A stretch of 32,000 bases of DNA. Source: Flavobacteriaceae bacterium. Lineage in GTDB: Bacteria; Bacteroidota; Bacteroidia; Flavobacteriales; Flavobacteriaceae. Where the stretch lies: positions 2,190,001 through 2,222,000 of the forward strand of contig OZ245049.1 in assembly GCA_965224465.1 (NCBI GenBank), in the 5' to 3' direction. Below the pieces are notes generated by a model that worked only from the letters and a program-made list of their open reading frames with translations, was not told where the DNA came from and ran no database searches. Below are positions 24,817-32,000 of the stretch, in pieces. The position numbers were made by a program, and so were the translations under genes. Each line of letters starts with the position of its first letter. Within the stretch, counting starts at the first letter, position 1.

Positions 24817-25406
24817 TTATTTTGCTTTTTTAAGAATATAAACTGCAATATTCTTTCCCAGTTTAGCGTAACAATGTGAAATTCTAAAACCGGTATCAAA
24901 ATCATATCCAAAAGCTCCATTTCCTTGCACTTTTTTATAGATTCCTTTTAACAAAAGCGTAGTTGGGTCTGATTTTTTATACACTGTAACTACAGCATCG
25001 ATCTCTGCATTTCTTCTAACAATTCCAACATTATAACCTGCATAAAGTCTGGCAGTATGAATATGAATCACATACTCAGCTTCACTATTTTCAGAAACCA
25101 CCACTTGTCCTTCTTTAAATCTTTTATTAAACGACTCAATAAACATAGGGTGGAACCTTTTTTCTCTATCGCTAAACCAACTTTTCTTAAACTTTTCTCC
25201 AGAGCCTTTGGCTTTCTTTTCTTTTTTTTCTACTTTCTCTTTTAAAAATGCTTCTTCTGAATCGTACTTAGGAATTTGTACGTCTTGGTAATCAAAAACA
25301 AGATCAAACTGAGAAATCCCTTTTAAATTCTTAATACTCCCTTCCTTTACTTTCATCCTTTGCGCGAACGACGATATCGTAAACATTACTGCTACAATTA
25401 ATAGTG
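24817..25406 (-). pseudogene. Small secreted hypothetical protein, 3' portion of a gene split by IS30 (codons ~5 to 199)
   Basis: The ORF-track protein begins MFTISSFAQ, the tail of a signal peptide. Upstream in frame the sequence reads (stop)-ALLIVAV before hitting the IS end. The missing start lies at 26544-26532 on the far side of the IS. Confidence 0.8.
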
Positions 25407-26531
25407 CTTAAATTCAACTAATAAACGCAACTTTTCGATTTGATTCTATGATGGTTATATTTTCAAAACAGAAAAGTAGGAAAACCTACCTTTCTTGTCT
25501 TGATGGATATGTATCTTACGGTCTCAAATCTCGAAAAAAGAAGTTGTATGAAACACATCACCCAAGCGCAAAGATACACAATTTGTTGCATGTTAAAACA
25601 AGGTTATAAACAGGTTGAGATAGCAGCTGCTATAGGAAAAGACAAGTCTGTTATTAGCAAAGAGATTAAGCGTAATTCAGACAAAAGAAATGGAGTTTAC
25701 AAGCATGAATTAGCCCAAAAAAAGTATGCTAAACGTCATAAAGAAAAGCCTAAAAGAAAACGCTTTACAGAAGATATTCAACAAGCAATAGAGTTGTTAT
25801 TGCGAGACGATTATAGTCCTGAGCAAGTAGTTGGTGTCCTAAAAAAACAAGGTAAAGAAACGGTGTCTATTGAGCGTATATATCAGCATATTAGGGAAGA
25901 CAAGAGGAATGATGGTGATTTACATACACACCTTCGCAGACAGGGAAGGAGATATAGAAAACGTGGCTCATCAAAGGATTCTAGAGGGGTTATAAAGAAT
26001 CGTATTAGTATAGAACAACGCCCTGAAGTTGTTGAACAAAGAAATCGATTTGGAGATTTAGAGGTCGATTTAATCATAGGTAAAAACCATAATCAAGCCA
26101 TACTTACCGTAAATGATAGAGCTTCTGGAATGCTTAAAATGAAAAAAGTAAGCTCTAAAGAAGCAGTTGTTGTCACTAAAGCTATCAATGAAATATTAGA
26201 AGACTGGAAGCCTTATCTACATACTATAACAGCTGATAATGGAAAAGAATTTGCAGGCCATGAGCAGGTTGCAGAAAATTTATGTATTGATTACTTTTTT
26301 GCGCATCCATATCACTCTTGGGAAAGAGGATCTAACGAAAATTTAAATGGTTTGATTAGACAATATTTTGCCAAAGGAAGTGACTTTACAAACCTAACAG
26401 ATCAAAGAATCAAAGAGGTAGAAACAAAATTAAATAACAGACCTAGGAAGAGACATAAATATCAAAACCCTATATTTGTAATGGAACAATTATTATTTAA
26501 CTAAAAGTTGCGTTTGTGACTTGAATTCAGC
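25407..26531 (+). mobile_element. IS30-family insertion sequence (~1.13 kb)
   Basis: Terminal inverted repeats are CTTAAATTCAACTAATAAACGCAACTTT (25407-25434) and the reverse complement of 26504-26530, CTGAATTCAAGTCACAAACGCAACTTT. A 2-3 bp target duplication (GT/GTG) sits at 25404-25406 and 26532-34. The element carries one IS30-type transposase ORF. Confidence 0.85.
25548..26504 (+). CDS. IS30-family transposase (318 aa from the first ATG)
   Basis: The ORF track starts at a TTG (25500). The ATG at 25548 gives MKHITQAQRYTICCMLKQGYKQVEIAAAIGKDKSVISKEIKRN (HTH). DDE/rve motifs are EVDLIIGKNH..ILTVNDRASG, ITADNGKEF and HSWERGSNENLNGLIRQYF. Confidence 0.9.
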   Translation: MKHITQAQRYTICCMLKQGYKQVEIAAAIGKDKSVISKEIKRNSDKRNGVYKHELAQKKYAKRHKEKPKRKRFTEDIQQAIELLLRDDYSPEQVVGVLKKQGKETVSIERIYQHIREDKRNDGDLHTHLRRQGRRYRKRGSSKDSRGVIKNRISIEQRPEVVEQRNRFGDLEVDLIIGKNHNQAILTVNDRASGMLKMKKVSSKEAVVVTKAINEILEDWKPYLHTITADNGKEFAGHEQVAENLCIDYFFAHPYHSWERGSNENLNGLIRQYFAKGSDFTNLTDQRIKEVETKLNNRPRKRHKYQNPIFVMEQLLFN

Positions 26532-26544
26532 GTGTTTTTTTCAT
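26532..26544 (-). pseudogene. 5' fragment (ATG AAA AAA ACA C..) of the IS30-split small secreted protein gene
   Basis: The ATG at 26544 lies 12 nt after the acyltransferase stop. Joining it to 25406 after removing the IS and one duplication copy gives MKKTLLIVAVMFTISSFAQ in frame. Confidence 0.75.
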
Positions 26545-26556
26545 GAGATTCTATTT

Positions 26557-27675
26557 TTAGTTTAATAATTTGTGAATTAAATTTTCTTTGTTAGCGATTG
26601 GCTTAGCATATAGATTTATCAACCTATAGTGTACATCTTCGTTTTCTGCTTTAAAGATATACTTTTTAAAATGTTCCAATTCTTTTACGGAATAATGCCT
26701 GTCATATTTTTTATCATTATACAACAAATCATACGCCATATAGTTTGTTTTATTCAATTGGTAATTCCGGTAAATAATTCTATCTATTTCCGAGGCAATA
26801 GAAATAGCATCTTTCTTTTTATTATTTAGAAATTTTATATTCTCGACATCTAGTTTTTCAAAGATCAATTTCACTTTCCCTTTGTAATCCTTTAAACCTT
26901 TAACAATACTATTTAAGTTTTCAAACTTCGACTTATTATAGTCACCTGTTTTTGCTAGCAAACTTAATTCATTTGCCTTTTCAAAAGCACATGGTTCATA
27001 CTCAAAAGAAATTGTTGAGACTACTATATTTAGCTCTTTAATGGATTGTTTAATATCAGAACCTCCACTTAAAAGTAACATTTTTATAAGTCCGGTCGCT
27101 GTTTTATCATCACCATCTTTAGTCCTACCATTCCCTTGGGCTATCCATGAAGATACCTTTTTATCACGAATAGAATAACGGAGATATTTTGATAAATTCA
27201 TTGAATTTTTCAACATTTCCGATTTGTTTTTAGACCTAAACACCGTAAACATATTATTCAATTTAGCTACTGCTTTCATGGTCGCATTTACCATCAGATT
27301 ATCCCCTAAAGATATTTCTGTAAACGGCTTTCCTAAATCGTATAATCTATTTTGAAGCAAGGCTGAATCAAGAAAAATATCTCTGTGGTTTGAGATGTAC
27401 AGACAATTGGAAGTATCAAAGGAATCCAAGCCTTCAACTTCAAGCGAACTCATGCTGTCCTTTATCGAATTTTTTATAATCATTTCTATAAATTGCACTT
27501 GGAAATCCGCACATGAATTACAGCTTTGTAATTTAGATACAATGTCACTTTCCGTCCAATCTGGATAAAAGAACTGAACTCCCTTAACAAACTCGCTCTG
27601 TGTTTCCAACCAGCTCAGAGCTTCCGTAACTTGATTGTCGGAATAAGGTGCTATTTTAATTAATTCATCTTCCAT
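26557..27675 (-). CDS. PlsC/LPLAT-like acyltransferase family protein (372 aa)
   Basis: LYISNHRDIFLDSALL resembles the NHxxxxD acyltransferase motif I, though the spacing looks atypical by one residue. Size and position after a PaaK-like ligase fit the acyltransferase annotation often seen in Bacteroidota lipid/pigment clusters. The family call was not verified by HMM. Confidence 0.55.
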   Translation of the reverse strand: MEDELIKIAPYSDNQVTEALSWLETQSEFVKGVQFFYPDWTESDIVSKLQSCNSCADFQVQFIEMIIKNSIKDSMSSLEVEGLDSFDTSNCLYISNHRDIFLDSALLQNRLYDLGKPFTEISLGDNLMVNATMKAVAKLNNMFTVFRSKNKSEMLKNSMNLSKYLRYSIRDKKVSSWIAQGNGRTKDGDDKTATGLIKMLLLSGGSDIKQSIKELNIVVSTISFEYEPCAFEKANELSLLAKTGDYNKSKFENLNSIVKGLKDYKGKVKLIFEKLDVENIKFLNNKKKDAISIASEIDRIIYRNYQLNKTNYMAYDLLYNDKKYDRHYSVKELEHFKKYIFKAENEDVHYRLINLYAKPIANKENLIHKLLN

Positions 27676-27677
27676 AA

Positions 27678-28979
27678 TTATTTATTTAGGTTTTCTCTTT
27701 TATCAATAAAAAGCATTGGTTTTCTACTCATTTTCGGAAACTTGAGTATGGACATTTCTTTTTCTGTTAAAAACTCTATATAAGGCAATACTCTTAGTTT
27801 TGCTCTAAAATGATCTTTTAATCGGATAACAAGAGCATCGTCTGTGTTTTCAGAATACAATTTTATGGTGATTTTATCTGTATCTATTTCGTTTTTATCC
27901 AACTCTATCACATAGCTCAATACTTCAGGGAAATCATCCAAAAGATTGTACATAGCTGGAGGATACAAGGTAGTTCCTTTGTACTTAATCATTTGTTCTT
28001 TCCTTCCAATCACAGGACCTAACCGTGTGGTATTTCTACCACAGGCACAAGGTTCATAATGTGCTTTTACAATATCGCCTGTTTTAAATCTCAAAAGAGG
28101 CATTGCTTCCATTCCTAAAGTAGTGACTACCAATTCACCTTCTGCTCCTTCTGGAACCGTATTATTATCATCGTCTAGAACTTCTATAATAATCAATTCT
28201 GGATGCATATGACCTCCTATTTGCTCCTCACATTCGGCAAATGCTGTATTCATTTCTGTAGAAGCATAGGTTGAATACAATTCGATATCCCAAACTTCTT
28301 TGATCTTTTTCGAGAGCGTATTGTCTTCAAAATTTTGATTTTTTAACGGTTCACCGATGCAAATTACACCTTTTACAGAACTTGCATTAACATCAATATT
28401 ATTATTTTTCGCAAAATGAATCATTTTCAACAAAAATGAAGGAACCGCAATTAAATACGTAGGTTTAAATTTAGTAATTGAATCCCATTGCATTTCTGGC
28501 ACCCCAGCTCCAACACGAATAATACCAGCTCCCAGCCTCCTAGCCCCTAAAAAATAGGCAAGTCCAGCTATAAACCTCCGATCCATCGTTACCATTAACT
28601 GGATCACATCTTTATCGCTTATATTAGAACAGGCAAGAGAAATGGCTTCATTGTAGCCAATCCTATTGAGGTCTTTTTCTGTCAATCCAAAAAACACAGG
28701 TTTCCCTGTAGTCCCAGAAGTTGTTACATAATCAATAATTTTAGAAATATCCACACAGAAAAAATCTGTATTATATTTTTGTAAATCATTTTTAGTAGTC
28801 ACTGGAATTTTCTGCAGATCTTGAATGCTTTGAATACTTTTATAATCTATGTTATGTTCTAAAAACACCTTTTGATAAAAAGGTGAATTCTTATGAAGAT
28901 AATACATTAGTTCCTGTAATTTATTGTTTTGGAACTTTTGAATTTCTTTGTTTGATTTTTTTTCAATATCAGGAATCAT
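27678..28979 (-). CDS. Phenylacetate-CoA ligase (PaaK) / coenzyme F390 synthetase-like adenylate-forming enzyme
   Basis: 433 aa, with the AMP-binding P-loop TTSGTTGKPVFF and YASTE in a PaaK-like short ANL architecture. A 2-nt gap separates it from the downstream acyltransferase gene. Confidence 0.8.
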   Translation of the reverse strand: MIPDIEKKSNKEIQKFQNNKLQELMYYLHKNSPFYQKVFLEHNIDYKSIQSIQDLQKIPVTTKNDLQKYNTDFFCVDISKIIDYVTTSGTTGKPVFFGLTEKDLNRIGYNEAISLACSNISDKDVIQLMVTMDRRFIAGLAYFLGARRLGAGIIRVGAGVPEMQWDSITKFKPTYLIAVPSFLLKMIHFAKNNNIDVNASSVKGVICIGEPLKNQNFEDNTLSKKIKEVWDIELYSTYASTEMNTAFAECEEQIGGHMHPELIIIEVLDDDNNTVPEGAEGELVVTTLGMEAMPLLRFKTGDIVKAHYEPCACGRNTTRLGPVIGRKEQMIKYKGTTLYPPAMYNLLDDFPEVLSYVIELDKNEIDTDKITIKLYSENTDDALVIRLKDHFRAKLRVLPYIEFLTEKEMSILKFPKMSRKPMLFIDKRENLNK

Positions 28980-29082
28980 GTAATTTCCTTTTAATTTTTT
29001 TAATAATTTTTTCTACGTTTTTTCTTTCAGTCAAGGTTGTAACTTCCTTACGTAAAGCTCTGGTATACATATCTAATGCAGC

Positions 29083-30636
29083 TTAATAATACTTTTTTTG
29101 ATAATAGTAATCTCCTACTAAGGAGTACACCTCCCAGTACGCTGAATTTAATGAGATAAAGTTATTGATTTCCCCGATAGAATAGTCAGATTTTGAAGAA
29201 ATGATTTGTTCAAATCGTTTTCGTTCTACTCTATAGGTTTCATAGTTTAAATAATCTTTAGACAAGAGAAACGGATCTTTTTTAATCCGTAAACTATCTA
29301 TAGAAAAACTGACACGCTTACTTTTATAATTTTTAAATACACTATCTAAATTATAGGCATTAAAAGCTCCAAGTTGGTATGGATTAGAAGAAACCCAAAC
29401 CAATCTCTTTTTAGGTTGAAACACCACTGCATGGTGAGCCAATAATTGATTCAATGATTTTTCGTTTCCATATCCAATATTTTTATTCCCCAATCCTCTT
29501 TTATCTCTTAGTATTTTCACCGCACTTTTAGCGGTTAATTTCTTATGATCTAAAAGTGCTACCATGCGATCATATCTATACTTAGAATGGCTTTCAATAA
29601 TATGTTCACTGTTTCGCTTGTCATTTTTATAGGCCTTGCTTTGAAAATGATTTGAGCACACCAATTGTGATCCATTTTGGACCGCATAGACCCCGAAATT
29701 ATCTGGAGATATCTCTATTAATATAGCCTTATTATCCGCTGCACTCCCAATCATAATAGATTCAGATACAAATACAGATTTGGTTTTAGCAATCGCAATT
29801 GCTTGTTCTATATTTGAAGCGTATTGTAAAATTTCTCTTGCCACTAATGATATGGGTGTTTTTGCGATTAAAGGAATGTTAGATTTCCCTGCATTAATAG
29901 TAACTGTAAGCCCTTTTTGGTTCATACCAGACATTACACCTATCATTCCTGCCCAAGAAACAGACATAAAGTTGTACCCCTTTTTTGGCTGTATAAAGGA
30001 GATTATTTTATTTTTCGCAAAAGCATCATTTAAATAAAAATCAAAATTCCTACCTATAATTAAATCACCATCAAGGGTATTTTCTCCCCAAGAAGCAAAT
30101 GATGAACAGCCAACCAAGGCTAAATCTTGTAAAGCATGTCCCAAATCATGCGCACTGTGCAAATACAAACTCATTGCATATTTACTAGCAAATTTCTTAA
30201 AATCATCAGAAGCATACCTAGATACACCGTAGATTTCAGCCTTGTATTCATCCTTTATATACATCGGTAAATCCCTATTGTAAAAAGCTAAAAATTTACG
30301 CAATAAATATTGTTTAAATTTTGAAGGAACGATTTCATCAATTTTATCTAGAAATATTTTTTCTTGTACTACTAATTGTTTCTGTGTTAAATCTCCTATA
30401 TTATTCCCTAAATCACGAGGGTTATTCCCAAAAGCAAGCAATTCCCATTCGCCGAGCGTATTTTTACGAATGCTACTTTTTCCTTTAAAAAACAAAGAGT
30501 CATTTACCTTTATTTTAACCGCATTTTCAAGCACATAGGAATTGATAGCATCTATCTTTAAATTCGCTTTATTTACGCCACAAGAACTAACAACAACCAG
30601 TATAAAAAAAAGTGCAATCCCTTTGAAGTTAGACAT
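29083..30636 (-). CDS. C45-family Ntn hydrolase/acyltransferase (acyl-CoA:6-aminopenicillanic-acid acyltransferase-like) lipoprotein
   Basis: Lipoprotein signal MSNFKGIALFFILVVVSSC. Internal Gly-Cys autoprocessing-type site LVGCSSFASWG is followed by GRNFDF. The start overlaps the upstream oxidoreductase stop by 8 nt. Confidence 0.7.
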   Translation of the reverse strand: MSNFKGIALFFILVVVSSCGVNKANLKIDAINSYVLENAVKIKVNDSLFFKGKSSIRKNTLGEWELLAFGNNPRDLGNNIGDLTQKQLVVQEKIFLDKIDEIVPSKFKQYLLRKFLAFYNRDLPMYIKDEYKAEIYGVSRYASDDFKKFASKYAMSLYLHSAHDLGHALQDLALVGCSSFASWGENTLDGDLIIGRNFDFYLNDAFAKNKIISFIQPKKGYNFMSVSWAGMIGVMSGMNQKGLTVTINAGKSNIPLIAKTPISLVAREILQYASNIEQAIAIAKTKSVFVSESIMIGSAADNKAILIEISPDNFGVYAVQNGSQLVCSNHFQSKAYKNDKRNSEHIIESHSKYRYDRMVALLDHKKLTAKSAVKILRDKRGLGNKNIGYGNEKSLNQLLAHHAVVFQPKKRLVWVSSNPYQLGAFNAYNLDSVFKNYKSKRVSFSIDSLRIKKDPFLLSKDYLNYETYRVERKRFEQIISSKSDYSIGEINNFISLNSAYWEVYSLVGDYYYQKKYY

Positions 30637-32000
30637 GGTTACAGCCTATTTTTTCTCTAATAGATTCCATCAATTTCTTCCTTCCAATAATATGAGTACA
30701 GGTTAAAACAGCACTTATAGTTACACCTAAAATCCCGTGCATATTTACACTTTGACCCGTAAAAAATAAATTCTTTAACCTTGTTTTAGGAGATAAAAAG
30801 GACTTCATCGTATTGTCTGCATCTTTTTTATAGCCATACATAGAACCTCTATTATTTCCGATATAATCCCTATAAGACAATGGTGTTGATGTATGGATAG
30901 ATGCAATACTATCTCTAATACCTGGGAATTTCTTTTCTAATTCTTTTAAGAAAACTTCTGTTTTCTCTGCTTTAAATTTAGCGTAACTCTCCCCTCGTTC
31001 GTTTTCTTGAGACACGGTATTAAATGTATGCTCCCATTCTTTAACTTCATCAAAATTCATATACGTCATTGCGGTCATATTATGAGCCCATTGGGTTTGT
31101 TTTCTATGAACACCCATTGACAGCATATATCCTTCTGGCCAAGACTCTTGCGTATATTCTTGCGCTTCATAAACAACAGAAGGTGATTTTAAATGATATT
31201 GATTGTAATTGCAATATTTAAAAGATTCTGGCTTAAAAGTAATATACAAGCTAAAACCAGAAATAATACTCTCTATCTGTTCTACTCTTTTCATAAAGGA
31301 CTTACGTAAGCCTCTACCATCAAGCATTTTTATGGTTAATTTCGGTTCGATATTAGAAATAAAAATAGAAGCTTTTATAAGTGCACCACTTTTTGTAGTT
31401 ACGGATGTTAAAACATCTTCTTCAAAACCAAATTTAAGTACTTCTTGATGATTGTAAGCTTCTCCTCCGTTCTCCTTTAGCCTTCTCAACAACAATTTAG
31501 AAATTTGACTCCCTCCATTTACAAACCTATAAGAACTCTCGATATATGAATTTATAGACAATGCATGTACATACAACGGAGTGTTTAACTCACCCGCATA
31601 CAAAGAATTTGAACCTACTAAAACTGCTTTAAACAATTCGTTATTAGAAATAGAATCCAGATAATCTTTAATTTTTATAGACAGAGCACTCATGTCATAA
31701 TCTGTACTATCATCAAGATTATAAAGAGCAAAACTTTTACAAATCTCTCTGATTTTATCACAGTACAAAAGGATTGCATCTTTTTCTTCTGGAAACTGGC
31801 TTGTCAACGATTTTATAAAATTATCATACCCTTGGGCATGGTAATACTCGTTTTTGTCATCATCAAAAGTTATTACATCGTATTTATCTTGATCTAGTTT
31901 ATGAAGATTTAACTCGTCCATAATACCGAGGTAAGAAAAATATTCGTACAAATTCTGTCCTTTATCTAAACCACCCACGTAATGAACACCCGTATCAAAT
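30629..32000 (-). CDS. Phytoene-desaturase (CrtI)-like NAD(P)/FAD-dependent oxidoreductase, N-terminus beyond the window edge
   Basis: The ORF-track start at 31978 is an internal GTG. The frame stays open to base 32000 (FDTGVHYVGGLDKGQ...). The C-terminal LFFTGQSVNMHGILGV resembles the conserved CrtI-family C-terminal motif. Confidence 0.75.
   Translation of the reverse strand, partial: FDTGVHYVGGLDKGQNLYEYFSYLGIMDELNLHKLDQDKYDVITFDDDKNEYYHAQGYDNFIKSLTSQFPEEKDAILLYCDKIREICKSFALYNLDDSTDYDMSALSIKIKDYLDSISNNELFKAVLVGSNSLYAGELNTPLYVHALSINSYIESSYRFVNGGSQISKLLLRRLKENGGEAYNHQEVLKFGFEEDVLTSVTTKSGALIKASIFISNIEPKLTIKMLDGRGLRKSFMKRVEQIESIISGFSLYITFKPESFKYCNYNQYHLKSPSVVYEAQEYTQESWPEGYMLSMGVHRKQTQWAHNMTAMTYMNFDEVKEWEHTFNTVSQENERGESYAKFKAEKTEVFLKELEKKFPGIRDSIASIHTSTPLSYRDYIGNNRGSMYGYKKDADNTMKSFLSPKTRLKNLFFTGQSVNMHGILGVTISAVLTCTHIIGRKKLMESIREKIGCNHV

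Noticed and set aside
28969-29070. A 33-codon minus-strand mini-ORF (MYTRALRKEVTTLTERKNVEKIIKKIKRKLHDS) in the gap between the C45 and ligase genes, considered as a possible small carrier or leader peptide.
   Set aside because: It is too short for an ACP and has no DSL-type motif. Its Lys-rich composition is expected from AT-rich DNA, and it overlaps the ligase start out of frame. There is no independent support.

Overview
Low-GC Bacteroidota (Flavobacteriia-like) chromosomal segment. This assignment rests on T9SS type-B sorting domains, PorP/SprF genes and TAnnTTTG-type -7 boxes. I saw no rRNA, tRNA or CRISPR. Bases 1-19794, with every gene except the IS1595 transposase on the minus strand, form a surface-adhesin island. 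It holds three giant SprB-like T9SS type-B cargo genes (1277, 1798 and 1230 aa) with unrelated heads: BspA-type LRR plus cadherin-like, a Cys-LRR solenoid, and an unknown head plus a NIDO-like insert. All three heads sit on a common HYR-like stalk and a shared ~0.5-kb 3' cassette. The island also holds two paralogous PorP/SprF partner genes (one runs off the left edge) and an embedded LytTR-type two-component system whose kinase has a large FG-GAP-like extracytoplasmic sensor. The 1798-aa gene contains a 3.3-kb array of about 14 near-identical 237-bp in-frame repeats, including one perfect duplication. An IS1595-family element (inverted repeats plus an 8-10 bp duplication) sits 17 bp upstream of the left PorP/SprF gene. 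After an 833-bp AT-rich spacer come a penicillin/AHL-acylase-family gene translationally coupled to a LacI regulator, then a CYTH-domain gene. The right end (26557-32000, minus strand) is an operon encoding a CrtI-like FAD oxidoreductase, a C45 Ntn-acyltransferase lipoprotein, a PaaK/F390-synthetase-like ligase and a PlsC-like acyltransferase. It is possibly the edge of a flexirubin/aryl-polyene-type lipid cluster. Its fifth gene, a small secreted protein, is split in its signal peptide by an IS30-family element, and removing that element restores the frame exactly. Nothing here is demonstrably a new system. The best candidate is the adhesin island as a head-swapping, length-varying cargo locus under dedicated LytTR control.
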